Below, in pieces: positions 47,730 to 58,593 of a stretch of 64,000 nt of DNA. The translations under genes were made by a program, and so were the position numbers. This stretch comes from Rhizomicrobium sp. (lineage in GTDB: Bacteria > Pseudomonadota > Alphaproteobacteria > Micropepsales > Micropepsaceae): NCBI GenBank assembly GCA_036271735.1, contig DATAZZ010000028.1, forward strand, positions 21,773 to 85,772. The letters are read 5' to 3'. The notes under the pieces are model-generated. The model worked only from the letters and a program-made list of their open reading frames with translations, was not told where the DNA came from and searched no databases. Numbering within the stretch: the stretch's first letter is position 1; each line of letters opens with the position of its first letter.

Positions 47730-48353
47730 TCAGTTGAAGTGCCAGTAGCCGTCGTTGCCGTAGCAGGCGCTGCCGTCGTGACGGTTTTCCTCGCCATGGC
47801 GATAGGTGACGGTGGTGAACTCGCGGCAGCGCCGGCCGTCCTCGGTGTATTCGCGGGTCGGCGTGAAATAGCCATAGCTTTCGCCATGGCGCCATTCGTG
47901 GCGCTCGCCGATGTCGCCGTTGAGGCCGACGGCGTAGGAGTCGAAGGCGTAGCGCTGGTCGTCGCAATCGACGTCGCGCGACAGGGCGTTGCCGAGCAAC
48001 CCGCCGAGCAGCACGCCGCCGACCACCGCGCCGGCATTGCCGTGGCTCGCCGCGCCGCCGATCAAGCCGCCGCCGACGGCGCCGAACACCGTGCCGGCCG
48101 CAGTGCCGCGGTGGCAGTCACGCTCGTAATCGCCTTCGCGATAATAGGCCGGCGGCGGCGGCGAACCGTCACGATCGTCGACGTCGGGGCGATTGGAATC
48201 GTTGAAATGTTGGTAGTGGCCTTCGCGGTCGTAATAGCCATCGCGGTCGGTGCGGCTGTAATAGCCGTCGGGATCGGGACCGGATTGGGCGAAGGCGGCG
48301 CCGGAACTCAGGGCGATGACCGCCGCAGCGGCCAGAAGCGTCATTTTCATCAT
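47730..48353 (-). CDS. glycine-zipper / 17-kDa surface antigen-like exported protein (paralog of 44314)
   Basis: MMKMTLLAAAAVIALS signal with GGAGA RBS; AASHGNAGAVVGG and CREF...GSAC. Confidence 0.85.
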   Translation of the reverse strand: MMKMTLLAAAAVIALSSGAAFAQSGPDPDGYYSRTDRDGYYDREGHYQHFNDSNRPDVDDRDGSPPPPAYYREGDYERDCHRGTAAGTVFGAVGGGLIGGAASHGNAGAVVGGVLLGGLLGNALSRDVDCDDQRYAFDSYAVGLNGDIGERHEWRHGESYGYFTPTREYTEDGRRCREFTTVTYRHGEENRHDGSACYGNDGYWHFN

Positions 48354-48418
48354 GTGTGCAGGTCTCCGAGACAAGCCCTCTCGGCCTGAATACGCGAGAG
48401 CCATGGTATTGTTCCGGT

Positions 48419-49228
48419 TCAGGGTTTCCGGGCGCGGATTTGCAGCACGCCGGGCGTGATGACGCGTGCGTGCCGGGTTCGCTTCATACTCCGACAAGGT
48501 TCCGGCAATCGCATGCGCTTCACCGGCGGTGACGTCGCCGTTCTCGAGCATCGACGGAAGATATTCGCGCGCGAAGCCCATCGGCCAGCGCGCTGCGAAA
48601 TCGCGCATAGCAGCGGCGAATATGACGGGACGTGTGGCCTCGACGGTGAAGCCGGCCTCGGCGAGGAGGGTGGGGAGCTGCAACGCGATATCGGGCTCGC
48701 TGCCGGTGGCGCGCCAGCGCGCGATGATGCGGGCGACGTAATCCTCGAGCAGCGCCGAGTGCGGCGCGAGACGCCACGATGCGTAGTCGTAATATTCGTG
48801 GAACAGCGCCGCGCCGCCGGGTTTCAGCGCGTGCGCCATGCCGTGGACGATGGGTGCGGGGTCGGGGATGAAGGCGAGCACCCAGCGGCACCACAGGATG
48901 TCGGCGCTGACGCTGGCCCAGTCGTAATCGGCGAGATCGGTTTCGATGGTCCGGATGTTGGCGAGGCCGCGCCGGCGTGCTTGCTCTTCCAGCGCATTCA
49001 GGAAGCGGCGCGAGCGTTCCAGCGCGATAACGCGGCCGGTGGGACCTACGATCTCGGCGAGGTCGCGTGGCCCGGGCCACAGCCGGCATCTATCACGGTC
49101 ATGCCTTCGGTGATCCCACCGAGGTGCCAGAAATCGAGCACGTTGGCGCGCCAGACGCGATGCTGCACGCCGAGGCGCTCTATCTCCGCGTCGTGCGTGC
49201 CGATGACATAGCTGCGATCCTGTTCCAT
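48419..49228 (-). pseudogene. class I SAM methyltransferase with two frameshifts
   Basis: VIDAGCGPG in one frame, DLAEIVGPTG...LKPGG in a second frame, VITPGVLQIRARKP* in a third; shifts near 49065 and 48468. Confidence 0.8.
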
Positions 49229-49283
49229 GTCGCAGAGCTAGGAGAACGGCGCGCTGCGTGCGACCCGTTTCTTGCGGCTGACG

Positions 49284-49694
49284 TCAGTGACCGAACACCG
49301 CGGCATGCATGATGCGGCCGGGCACGAAGGTGAAGCCGCCGGCGACCAGGATGCCGCCGATATAGACGCCCAGCATCGCGCGGCGATGCAGCGTGATGTT
49401 GTGCATGCGCGCGCCCTGGATCGCGCCATAGACGCCGAACAGAGTCAGCGGGATCAGAAGATGGATCGGGCTGAGGCCGTAGAACGGCCCGTTCGGCATC
49501 ATCTGGTGGATCCACAGCGTGGTGATCGCGGTGAAGCTCATCAGTACGAGATAGAGCCAGCCGAAGGCGCGGTGCAGCGCGGCGCCCTTGCGGCTGATGA
49601 ATATCTGCCAGGTGCCGATGATCGCGGCGGGCACGACCGTCGCGACGTGAATCTGCACCGCCAGTGGCGCGTGCAGTAAAGGCTCGAGAGTCAT
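49284..49694 (-). CDS. DUF2306 membrane protein
   Basis: IHV, KG..LHRAFGW, SPIHLL, HRRAM and FTFVPGRIM. Confidence 0.85.
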   Translation of the reverse strand: MTLEPLLHAPLAVQIHVATVVPAAIIGTWQIFISRKGAALHRAFGWLYLVLMSFTAITTLWIHQMMPNGPFYGLSPIHLLIPLTLFGVYGAIQGARMHNITLHRRAMLGVYIGGILVAGGFTFVPGRIMHAAVFGH

Positions 49695-49764
49695 TAGTGC
49701 CGCCCGCCCTATGATTTACATAATAAATAACTGAGCGCTGCGGTAGCGCATTACAAGCCCGCGC

Positions 49765-51426
49765 TTAAAATAATCCTTCAATCAGGCCGTCGGCGTTCAC
49801 ATGGATGCGGTTTGCGGCCGGTACGCGGGGCAGGCCGGGCATCGTCATCACCGCGCCGCACAGCGCCACGACAAAGCCGGCGCCGGCCGACAGGCGGACG
49901 TCGCGGATCGGCAGGATGAAGCCCTCGGGCGCGCCGAGCAAAGTTGGATCGGCGGAGAAGCTGTATTGTGTCTTGGCCATGCAGACGGGCAGATGGCCGA
50001 AACCTTCGGCGGCGAATTGATCGAGCTTCTTCTGCGCGTCGGACGCGATGGCGATGTCTTCCGCGCGATAGATCTGCTGCGCGACGGTGCGCATCTTGCC
50101 CTCGAGCGACAGCGAGTCCGGATAGAGCGGCTTGAAGGCGGCGCCGCCTTGCGCGGTGAGCGCGACGACCTCACGCGCGAGGGCTTCGGCGCCGCGGCCG
50201 CCTTGCGCCCAATGGCGGCATTCGTGGACGTTGGCATCGACGGCGCAGCAGGCCCCCGCGATGACCGCCATCTCGGCGGCGCTGTCGCCAGTGAAATGGT
50301 TGATCGCGACCGTGACGGGCACGCCGAACTTTCGCACATTGGCGATGTGGCGCAGTAGGTTCGCGGCGCCGCTGCGGACGGCTTCCACGTTCTCGCGCGC
50401 CAGATCGGCGCGGGCCACGCCACCATGCATCTTGAGCGCGCGCACGGTGGCGACGATCACCGCCGCGTCGGGCTCGAGATTCGCCTGGCGGCATTTGATG
50501 TCGAAGAATTTCTCGGCCCCCAAATCGGCGCCGAAGCCGGCCTCGGTCACGACATAGTCGCCGAGCGCCAGCGCGGTGCGCGTCGCCATCACGGTGTTGC
50601 AGCCATGCGCGATGTTGGCGAAAGGCCCGCCATGGATCAGCGCCGGGGTGTGCTCCAGCGTCTGGACGAGATTGGGCTGGAACGCATCGCGCAGCAGCGC
50701 GGTCATCGCGCCGGCCGCCTCGAGCTGCGCCGCCGTGACGGGCCGCTTGTCGAAGGTGCGCGCGACGATGATGCGGCCGAGACGGGCTTCGAGATCGGTG
50801 AGCGAGGTGGCAAGGCAGAAGATCGCCATCACCTCGGACGCGACGGTGATGTCGAAGCCATCCTCGCGAATCTGTCCGTTGTTGCGTAAGCCCACGACGA
50901 TGTCGCGGAGAGCGCGATCGTTCATGTCCATGGCGCGGCGCCAGGTGACGCGCGATGGATCGATCCCGAGCTTGTTGCCCCAATAGATGTGATTGTCGAC
51001 CAGCGCCGCGAGCAGATTGTTCGCCGCCGTGATGGCGTGGAAGTCGCCGGTGAGATGCAAATTGATCTCGTCCATCGGCGCGACCTGGGCATGACCGCCG
51101 CCGGTAGCGCCGCCCTTTTGCCCGAAGCACGGTCCGAGCGACGGCTCTCGCAGCGCGATCACGGTCTTCTTGCCGAGCCGCGCCAGCGCGTCGCCGAGCC
51201 CGATGGTGGTGGTGGTCTTGCCTTCGCCGGCCGGGGTGGGAGAGATCGCGGTGACGAGGATCAGCTTGCCGCGCGGGGCGTCGGGGAGGGTGGCGATATG
51301 TTCGAGCGCGATCTTCGCCTTGTAAGGGCCGTGGCGATAGAGCGCTGATGCGGGCAGGCCGATCGTGGCGCCGACGTCTTCGATGAGACGGAGCACGGTG
51401 GCGCGGGCGATTTCGAGGTCGCTCAT
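49765..51426 (-). CDS. fhs: formate-tetrahydrofolate ligase
   Basis: [39 protein letters not shown] and MTMPGL. Confidence 0.96.
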   Translation of the reverse strand: MSDLEIARATVLRLIEDVGATIGLPASALYRHGPYKAKIALEHIATLPDAPRGKLILVTAISPTPAGEGKTTTTIGLGDALARLGKKTVIALREPSLGPCFGQKGGATGGGHAQVAPMDEINLHLTGDFHAITAANNLLAALVDNHIYWGNKLGIDPSRVTWRRAMDMNDRALRDIVVGLRNNGQIREDGFDITVASEVMAIFCLATSLTDLEARLGRIIVARTFDKRPVTAAQLEAAGAMTALLRDAFQPNLVQTLEHTPALIHGGPFANIAHGCNTVMATRTALALGDYVVTEAGFGADLGAEKFFDIKCRQANLEPDAAVIVATVRALKMHGGVARADLARENVEAVRSGAANLLRHIANVRKFGVPVTVAINHFTGDSAAEMAVIAGACCAVDANVHECRHWAQGGRGAEALAREVVALTAQGGAAFKPLYPDSLSLEGKMRTVAQQIYRAEDIAIASDAQKKLDQFAAEGFGHLPVCMAKTQYSFSADPTLLGAPEGFILPIRDVRLSAGAGFVVALCGAVMTMPGLPRVPAANRIHVNADGLIEGLF

Positions 51427-51629
51427 ATGGAGAATCCTTTGGTCCGGACCATTTTGCCGATTTGCCATAGCTTTTGACGCGGCGCAGCTATCTGCCCACA
51501 GCAAACTGTACATTCAGGTCCCGCGCGAAGTTGTGATTGATCGTATCGCGCCATTAAGCGAGGCTCGGTTCCGGCTTTCCTGCTGCGGATATCAATCCCA
51601 GCCTCTCATATCGCGATGGAGTTCTTCAC

Positions 51630-52493
51630 ATGTCCGACGCCCCCTACACCCCGCCGAAAGTTTGGACCTGGAACCGGGACAATGGCGGGCGGTTCGCCAA
51701 TATCAACCGGCCGGCGGCGGGAGCGCAAAAAGAGCTCGACATGAAGGTCGGCAAGCATCCCTTGCAGCTCTATTCGCTGGCGACGCCGAACGGCGTGAAG
51801 GTCACGATCATGCTGGAGGAGCTGCTGGCGCTCGGACACACGGGGGCGGAGTACGATGCCTGGCTTATCAATATCGGCGCGGGCGACCAGTTCGCTTCGG
51901 GCTTCGTCGCGGCCAATCCCAATTCCAAGATTCCGGCGCTGATGGATTATTCGACCACGCCGCCGACGCGGGTGTTCGAGTCGGGTTCGATCCTGATCTA
52001 CCTCGCGGAGAAATTCGGCGGCGCCTTCCTGCCCAAGAGCGGTGCGAAGCGGGCGGAGTGCCTGTCCTGGCTGATGTGGCAGATGGGCTCGGCGCCGTAT
52101 CTCGGCGGCGGGTTCGGGCATTTCTATGCTTATGCGCCATTCAAGATCGAATATGCCATCGACCGCTTCGCGATGGAGGTGAAACGCCAGCTCGACGTGC
52201 TCGACCAGCATCTGGCGAAGAACACCTATTTCGCGGGCGACGACTACACCATCGCCGATATGGCGATCTGGCCGTGGTATGGCGGCCTCGTGAAGGGGCT
52301 GCTTTATGAGGGCGGCGAGTTCCTGTCGGTGCAGGACTACAAACACGTCATCCGCTGGACCGATGCGATCGCCGAACGCCCGGCGGTGCAGCGCGGCCGC
52401 ATGGTGAACCGCGCCTTCGGCGATCTCTCGAGTCAACTGCCCGAGCGCCACGACGCCTCCGACTTCGACAAGGTGCCGAAGAAGGAAGGATGA
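51630..52493 (+). CDS. yghU: glutathione-dependent disulfide oxidoreductase
   Basis: YTPPKVW, YSLATPNGVK, NPNSKIPAL and LPERHDASDF. Confidence 0.93.
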   Translation: MSDAPYTPPKVWTWNRDNGGRFANINRPAAGAQKELDMKVGKHPLQLYSLATPNGVKVTIMLEELLALGHTGAEYDAWLINIGAGDQFASGFVAANPNSKIPALMDYSTTPPTRVFESGSILIYLAEKFGGAFLPKSGAKRAECLSWLMWQMGSAPYLGGGFGHFYAYAPFKIEYAIDRFAMEVKRQLDVLDQHLAKNTYFAGDDYTIADMAIWPWYGGLVKGLLYEGGEFLSVQDYKHVIRWTDAIAERPAVQRGRMVNRAFGDLSSQLPERHDASDFDKVPKKEG

Positions 52494-53194
52494 TGGCGAC
52501 GCGGCCGCCCCTCGCGGCGTGGGCGATCCATGCGCTGACGGCGAGCGGCGCGGTGCTGGCGTTCCTCGCGCTGCTTGCGGTGGAGGCTGGCGCGTTCCGG
52601 CTGGCGCTGCTGTGGCTCGCCGCCGCGCTGGTGGTCGACGGGATCGACGGGCCGCTGGCGCGTTTGGCGGGTGTGAAGGAGAAGAACCCGGAGATCGACG
52701 GCGCGACGCTCGATCTGGTGGTCGATTATTTGACCTATGTGTTCGTGCCGGCGCTGCTGATCTATCGCGCGGGGCTGTTGCCGCCGGCGCTCGCGCTGAC
52801 GGGCGTCGCCGCGATTCTGCTGTCGTCTCTCTATACGTTCGCGCGCACCGACATGAAGACGGAGGACAATTTCTTCCGTGGCTTTCCGGCGGTGTGGAAT
52901 GTCGTGGCGTTCTATCTCTTCCTGCTGCCGGGGAAGACGGGTGCGGCCATCGTGGTCGTGCTGTTCACCGCGCTGACCTTCGCGCCGATCCATTTCATCC
53001 ATCCGGTGCGGGTGCAGATCTATCAGCCATGGCTGGGACTGCTGACGGCGGTGTGGGGGGCGGCGAGCGTGGCGCTGCTGTGGCCGGGCTGGAGTCCGCT
53101 GGCGGGTTTCGTCTGGCTGGCGCTGTCGCTGACCGGCGCAGGGGCGTTGCTGGCGGTCGGCTTGCTGCGCACGTTGCGCGGGGCTCAGGCGTAA
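52490..53194 (+). CDS. pcs: phosphatidylcholine synthase
   Basis: HALTASG, DGIDGPLAR, DGATLDLVVDYLTYV and FRGFPAVWN. Confidence 0.88.
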   Translation: MMATRPPLAAWAIHALTASGAVLAFLALLAVEAGAFRLALLWLAAALVVDGIDGPLARLAGVKEKNPEIDGATLDLVVDYLTYVFVPALLIYRAGLLPPALALTGVAAILLSSLYTFARTDMKTEDNFFRGFPAVWNVVAFYLFLLPGKTGAAIVVVLFTALTFAPIHFIHPVRVQIYQPWLGLLTAVWGAASVALLWPGWSPLAGFVWLALSLTGAGALLAVGLLRTLRGAQA

Positions 53195-53648
53195 GGCGTG
53201 CCGTCACGGTGCGTGAGCACCGACTTGCCGTCGATCAACGCGGCGACGAGATCGATGTCGGGATAATGCGCGGTGTCGGTTTCGAGGTGGTTGCCGATCT
53301 CGAAGATCACGGCGTCGGCCTCCGAGCGGTTCTGCAGATGGTGACCATTTGGATCGCCGGCCTTGAATCCGGCTGCGTCTCCAGCGCGTAGGATTTCCTC
53401 GCCGTCATCGGTCACCAAGGTCACTTCGCCGGAAACGACGTAGACGAACTCTCGCTGTTGTCGTGCCAGTGGCGCTGCGTCGACCAGGTGCCGAGCGGCA
53501 GGCGCAGCAGGGTGACGCCGATTTTCGTCAGGCCGGCGGCTTCGGCCAGCCGCTTGCGTTCGCGCTTGGCAACCGTGCCGCCGAACGGCGCGGGATAGCC
53601 CGATCCGACATGCGTCGCGATGGCGGCGATGTCGAGCTTCCTGCTCAC
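53185..53648 (-). pseudogene. cupin domain protein with a 1-bp frameshift
   Basis: GSGYPAPF..RLAEAAGLT..QRHWH, then a frame change near 53452 to EFVYVVSGEVTL..GHHLQN..YPDIDL. Confidence 0.8.
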
Positions 53649-53650
53649 GG

Positions 53651-55441
53651 CTAATACGTCCGCGCCTTGGGCGGGATGTATTCGACTTCGTTGCTCAGGG
53701 TGTAGGTGTGGACCGGGCGGTAGTCGAGGCGCGCCTGCCCGGTCGCGGGGTCGAGCCACGCCAGCGTGTGCTTCATCCAGGTGACGTCGTCGCGGTTCGG
53801 GAAATCCTCGCGGGCGTGGGCGCCGCGGCTTTCGTGGCGGACGACGGCGCCTTCGACGGTGACGATGGCCTGCTGGATAAGGTTCTCGAACTCCAGCGTC
53901 TCGACGAGGTCGGTGTTCCAGATCAGCGAGCGGTCGGAGACCTTGATGTCCTTCAAGCGGCCATAGATTTCGTCGATGTTCTTCTGGCCGCTTTTGAGCG
54001 TGTCGCCGGTGCGGAACACGGCGGCGTCGACCTGCATCGCGTTCTGCATCGCCAGACGTAGCTCCGAGGTCGGCGTGCCGCCGCTGGCGTTGCGGAATTT
54101 GTCGAGGCGAGCGAGGGCTTCGTCGCCGGCGTTCTTGGGCAGATCGTGATGGCCGCTGACGCCCTTGAGCGATTCGGCGGCATGCGCGCCGGCGGCCTTG
54201 CCGAATACCACGAGATCGATCAGCGAGTTGGAGCCGAGCCGGTTGGCGCCGTGCACCGAGACGCAGGCCGCTTCGCCCACCGCCATCAGACCCTGGACTG
54301 GAGTGTCGGGATTGCCGTCCTTCAGCGTCATCGCCTGGCCGGTATAGGCACAGGGAATGCCGCCCATGTTGTAGTGCACCGTCGGGAGCACCGGGATCGG
54401 CTGCTTGGTCACGTCGACGCCGGCGAAGATGCGGGCGCTCTCCGAGATGCCGGGCAGGCGCTCGTGGATGATCTTCGGGTCGAGATGCGACAGATGCAGG
54501 AAGATGTGGTCCTTGTTCGGGCCGACGCCGCGGCCTTCGCGGATCTCGATGGTCATGGCGCGGCTGACGACGTCGCGGCTGGCGAGGTCCTTCGCGTTGG
54601 GCGCATAGCGTTCCATGAAACGCTCGCCTTCCGAATTGGTGAGGTAGCCGCCTTCGCCGCGCACGCCTTCGGTGATCAGGACGCCGGCGCCGAAGATGCC
54701 GGTGGGGTGGAACTGGACGAACTCCATGTCCTGCAAGGGCAGGCCGGCGCGCAGCACCATCGCATTGCCGTCGCCGGTCTGGGTGTGGGCGCCGGTGCAG
54801 GAGAGATAGACGCGGCCATAGCCGCCGGTCGCCAGGATCACCTTATGCGCGCGGAAGCGGTGGATCGTGCCGTCGTCGAGGTTCCACGCCATCACGCCGA
54901 CCACGGCGTCGCCGTCCATGATCAAATCGAGCGCGAAATATTCGATGAAAAAGTTGACCTCGTGCTTGACGCACTGGCCGTAGAGCGTGTGCAGGATGGC
55001 GTGGCCGGTGCGGTCGGCGGCGGCGGCGGTGCGCTGCGCGATGCCCTTGCCATAGTTGGACGTCATGCCGCCGAAGGCGCGCTGGTAAATCTTGCCTTCC
55101 GCGGTGCGCGAGAACGGCACGCCGAAATGCTCGAGCTCGTAGACCGCGTCGGGGGCGTGGCGGCAAAGATATTCGATGGCGTCCTGGTCGCCGAGCCAGT
55201 CGGCGCCCTTGACGGTGTCGTACATGTGCCAGCGCCAGTCGTCCTCGCCCATATTGCCCAGTGCGGCGGAGATGCCGCCTTGCGCCGCGACGGTGTGGCT
55301 GCGCGTGGGGAAGACTTTGGTGATGCAGGCGGTCTTGAGGCCTTGCGCGGCGCATTCCAGCGTGGCGCGCAGCCCGGCACCGCCGGCGCCGACGACGACG
55401 ACGTCAAAGGTGTGATCGACGATGTTGTAGCCGGCGGTCAT
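53651..55441 (-). CDS. sdhA: succinate dehydrogenase flavoprotein
   Basis: [30 protein letters not shown] and HGANRLG; TGATG overlap with sdhD. Confidence 0.97.
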   Translation of the reverse strand: MTAGYNIVDHTFDVVVVGAGGAGLRATLECAAQGLKTACITKVFPTRSHTVAAQGGISAALGNMGEDDWRWHMYDTVKGADWLGDQDAIEYLCRHAPDAVYELEHFGVPFSRTAEGKIYQRAFGGMTSNYGKGIAQRTAAAADRTGHAILHTLYGQCVKHEVNFFIEYFALDLIMDGDAVVGVMAWNLDDGTIHRFRAHKVILATGGYGRVYLSCTGAHTQTGDGNAMVLRAGLPLQDMEFVQFHPTGIFGAGVLITEGVRGEGGYLTNSEGERFMERYAPNAKDLASRDVVSRAMTIEIREGRGVGPNKDHIFLHLSHLDPKIIHERLPGISESARIFAGVDVTKQPIPVLPTVHYNMGGIPCAYTGQAMTLKDGNPDTPVQGLMAVGEAACVSVHGANRLGSNSLIDLVVFGKAAGAHAAESLKGVSGHHDLPKNAGDEALARLDKFRNASGGTPTSELRLAMQNAMQVDAAVFRTGDTLKSGQKNIDEIYGRLKDIKVSDRSLIWNTDLVETLEFENLIQQAIVTVEGAVVRHESRGAHAREDFPNRDDVTWMKHTLAWLDPATGQARLDYRPVHTYTLSNEVEYIPPKARTY

Positions 55442-55821
55442 CAGAGCGGTCCCGCGATGCGCATGAGGGCGAAGAGGCAGGTGGCGCCGATGGCGAGCGC
55501 GAACGCCCACAACAGAAACATCGAGGCGACCTTCTGCCAGTTGGTGTAGATGTAGTCGTCGATCACGACCTGCACGCCGAGCACCATGTGGTAGAGCAGG
55601 ATGATGACGAACGCGGCCATCAGCAGGGCGTTCAGCGGATGCTGCAGGAAGGCGAGCGTGCTGGGCGCGTTGGCGCCAACCAGGCCGATCACCGACACGG
55701 CGAACCAGATCGACAGCGGGATCAGTGCGGCGGCGGTGACGCGCTGGCGCCAGAAATGCTTGACGCCGGAATGGGCGGAGCCGAGGCCTTCGACCTTGTG
55801 AAGGGGCGTTTCGAGGCTCAT
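55441..55821 (-). CDS. sdhD: succinate dehydrogenase membrane anchor
   Basis: [14 protein letters not shown] and [13 protein letters not shown]. Confidence 0.95.
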   Translation of the reverse strand: MSLETPLHKVEGLGSAHSGVKHFWRQRVTAAALIPLSIWFAVSVIGLVGANAPSTLAFLQHPLNALLMAAFVIILLYHMVLGVQVVIDDYIYTNWQKVASMFLLWAFALAIGATCLFALMRIAGPL

Positions 55822-56237
55822 TTGTAGTAGCCTCCGTGACCGGTATAGGCGATCGCGAACACACCTGCCGCGATCAGGATCGAGCCCGCGATCACGATGA
55901 TGCTATTGCGCCGCGCCGCGGGGATCGAGAAGCCGTAGCCCATGTCCCAGGCGAGATGGCGGATGCCGTTGAGCAAATGATAGGCGAGCGACCAGGTGAA
56001 GCCGAACAGGATGACTTGGCCGAGCGGGGTGGCGGCGAGATCCATGAACCGGTTGTAGGTGACGAAACCGCTGGAGACCGAATAGAGCCACAGCGCCAGC
56101 AGCACGGTGCCGGCGGCGAGGGCGCAGCCCGTCACCCGGTGGACGATCGATGTCGCCATGGTGACCGGCCAGTGATAGATCGTCACAAAGGGGGAAAGCG
56201 GCCGCGGCCTATGCGCCGCATGCGGGGTATCCGCCAT
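55818..56237 (-). CDS. sdhC: succinate dehydrogenase cytochrome b556
   Basis: [13 protein letters not shown] and HLLNGIRHL. Confidence 0.95.
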   Translation of the reverse strand: MADTPHAAHRPRPLSPFVTIYHWPVTMATSIVHRVTGCALAAGTVLLALWLYSVSSGFVTYNRFMDLAATPLGQVILFGFTWSLAYHLLNGIRHLAWDMGYGFSIPAARRNSIIVIAGSILIAAGVFAIAYTGHGGYYK

Positions 56238-56378
56238 GAATGTCCTCGAGAAACGCTGATGCGAACAGGGCCGGGAGTTTAGGACGGAAGCCGCGCCAGT
56301 CAACCGCGCCGGGCGAGAGAATCACTAGGCGTTTCGGGGATTTATGGCGGGCGGCAGCGCCTGACTATTTTGTCACTT

Positions 56379-56402
56379 TGCAGTGCAGCATGCATTGCGG
56401 CA
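56379..56402. promoter_or_regulatory. tandem PhaR-like boxes
   Basis: TGCAGTGCAGCA followed by TGCATTGCGGCA, similar to TGCRNYGCASMA. Confidence 0.5.
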
Positions 56403-56434
56403 TTGTCCGCGCGGGCGTCGGGGAATTGGGGAAC

Positions 56435-57877
56435 ATGAGCGAGTTGGGAACCACCGCAGCGATTCTGCGACCGGTCCGCTTTGCTCTCCCGGCAGCACCG
56501 CTTTCCGATCCGTGGGCCGAGACGCTCGGCATCCTGTTGCTGTGCCCGATCCTGATGTCGGTCGCGGTGTGGAACGGCTTTCCGATCATTTTCTACGACA
56601 CCGGCGCCTACATGCTGCAAGGCCTCGGGCATGTGTTCATCGCCGAGCGCTCGCCGATCTATTCCGGATTCCTGAGCGTCGCGGGCGGTGCTTACAGCCT
56701 TTGGCTCGTCGCCATCGTGCAATGCGCCCTGACAGCCTTCGTGATGACGGAGTTCGCGCGCGCAATTCGGCCGTCGCTGTCGCTGTGGTCGCTGCTCGTC
56801 ATCGGCGCCGTGTTGAGTATCGCGACGGGGTTGCCGTGGTATGCGGCGCAGATTGAGCCGGATTGCTTCGTCGCCCTGGTGCCGCTGACGCTGTACCTGC
56901 TGGCGTTTCACGGCGCCGCGCTCGGCACGGCGCGCAAGGCAGCGCTGTTCGCCGCCGCGGTGATCGCGATCTCATGCCACCCGTCGCATTTCCCGCTGTC
57001 GGCCGGATTGCTGGCGGCCATAGCGGGTTTGCGCTTTGCGCCGCAGGCCTGGCGTACGGCGCGCGATCTGCCGCGCCCGCACTTGCTGCTTGCAGTTTCG
57101 AGTCTCGGTGTCGCGATCCTGGTGGTCTTTGCGGTGAACTATGCCTTCACCCGCGAGGTGTTCTTCAGCCGCTCCGGCGCGATCTTCCTGGAAGCGCGCA
57201 TCATGGAAGACGGGCTGATCGCGCCGGTACTGGATGCCGACTGCCCCAAGGGGGCGAACTACGCGATCTGCCCCTACAAGGACCGCCTGCCGTCGCGCGC
57301 CGACACCTGGCTGTGGATGGCGGAGCAGAGCCCGTTCCACAAGCTCGGCGGCTTCGCCAAGCGCGAGAAGGAATCGGCGACCTTGGTGCGCGAGAGCTTG
57401 GCTCGCTATCCGCTGGAGAACGCCATCGTCGCGCTGGAGGACGGCGCGCTGCAATTCTTCTGGTTCCAGACCGGCGACGGCATCGTGCCCCAGGAATGGG
57501 TACTGAACCGCGAGTTCAAGATCGCCATCCCGCAGCAGGTCAGCGCCTATGACCGCGCCTATCAGCAGGAGGGCGAGATCTGGTTCCTGCCGGTCAATTT
57601 GGTGCATGTGCCGGCGGCGTTCCTGGCGTTGGCGGCCTTGTACATGATCCTGCGCGGCGTGGTCGCCCGCCGCGACTGGCGCGCCGGCGTGCTGCCCGCC
57701 TTCATCCTGCTCGCCCTGATGGGAAATGCCTTTATCTGCGGTGCGTTTTCGGGGCCGCATGGCCGCTACCAGTCGCGCATCATGTGGCTGCCGGCTTTCG
57801 CGGTGCTGCTGATCGCCTGGCCGCGGATCGAGGACGAAATGCGCCGCCGGATGCGGCCAAAAACGGTCACAGACTAA
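56435..57877 (+). CDS. multi-pass membrane protein (possible GT-C-like)
   Basis: NGFPIIFYDTGAY after TM1, large periplasmic loop and late RYQSR motif. Confidence 0.7.
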   Translation: MSELGTTAAILRPVRFALPAAPLSDPWAETLGILLLCPILMSVAVWNGFPIIFYDTGAYMLQGLGHVFIAERSPIYSGFLSVAGGAYSLWLVAIVQCALTAFVMTEFARAIRPSLSLWSLLVIGAVLSIATGLPWYAAQIEPDCFVALVPLTLYLLAFHGAALGTARKAALFAAAVIAISCHPSHFPLSAGLLAAIAGLRFAPQAWRTARDLPRPHLLLAVSSLGVAILVVFAVNYAFTREVFFSRSGAIFLEARIMEDGLIAPVLDADCPKGANYAICPYKDRLPSRADTWLWMAEQSPFHKLGGFAKREKESATLVRESLARYPLENAIVALEDGALQFFWFQTGDGIVPQEWVLNREFKIAIPQQVSAYDRAYQQEGEIWFLPVNLVHVPAAFLALAALYMILRGVVARRDWRAGVLPAFILLALMGNAFICGAFSGPHGRYQSRIMWLPAFAVLLIAWPRIEDEMRRRMRPKTVTD

Positions 57878-57928
57878 GGGTCTGCCGCGCCTTGCGGGTG
57901 GGGTTCGAATCCGGCACTTAATGGCCGC

Positions 57929-58588
57929 ATGGCCAGCACCGTCCGCATCTCGCCCTCGATTTTATCGGCCGATTTCGCGCGCCTGGGAGCCGAGATCGAG
58001 GCGGTAGAGGCGGCCGGCGCCGATCTGATCCATGTCGATGTGATGGACGGGCATTTCGTGCCCAACATCACCATCGGGCCGATGGTGGTGAAGGCGATCA
58101 AGCCGCACGCCAAGAAGCCGCTCGACGTTCATCTGATGATCTCGCCGGTCGATTCGTTCATCGAGGCGTTCGCCGAGGCCGGCGCCGACGGGATCACGGT
58201 GCATCCCGAGGCCGGGCCGCATGTCCACCGCACGCTGCAGCTCATCCGCAGCTTCGGCAAGAAACCGGGCGTGGTGCTCAATCCGGGAACGCCGGTCGAT
58301 GCGATCGACAATCTGATCGACCTCGTCGATCTCGTCCTGGTGATGAGCGTCAATCCGGGGTTCGGCGGACAGAGCTTCATCCATAGCCAACTCAAGAAGA
58401 TCGAGGCCATCGCGACGCGCATCGCCAAATCGGGGCGGCAGATCGCGCTGGAGGTCGATGGCGGAATCAACCCCGAGACCGCGAAGCAGGCGATTTCCGC
58501 CGGCGCCGACGTGCTGGTCGCAGGCACGGCGGTGTTTACCGGCGGGGCAGCGCGTTACGCCGCCAATATCGCCGCGTTGCGCGGCTGA
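57929..58588 (+). CDS. rpe: ribulose-phosphate 3-epimerase
   Basis: SILSADF, HVDVMDGHFVPN, MSVNPGFGGQ and EVDGG. Confidence 0.97.
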   Translation: MASTVRISPSILSADFARLGAEIEAVEAAGADLIHVDVMDGHFVPNITIGPMVVKAIKPHAKKPLDVHLMISPVDSFIEAFAEAGADGITVHPEAGPHVHRTLQLIRSFGKKPGVVLNPGTPVDAIDNLIDLVDLVLVMSVNPGFGGQSFIHSQLKKIEAIATRIAKSGRQIALEVDGGINPETAKQAISAGADVLVAGTAVFTGGAARYAANIAALRG

Positions 58589-58593
58589 CGGCC

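Noticed and set aside
47730-48881. Methyltransferase-glycine zipper fusion protein (383 aa)
   Set aside because: Product of a frameshift; the downstream gene has its own RBS, signal peptide and promoter-like motif.
51427-51629. Possible ZTP/THF riboswitch upstream of fhs
   Set aside because: I could not find the conserved motifs by eye; an Rfam scan would be decisive.
53651-55864. 737-aa SdhA with a long N-terminal extension
   Set aside because: The extension overlaps sdhD in another frame; the true start is ATG 55441.
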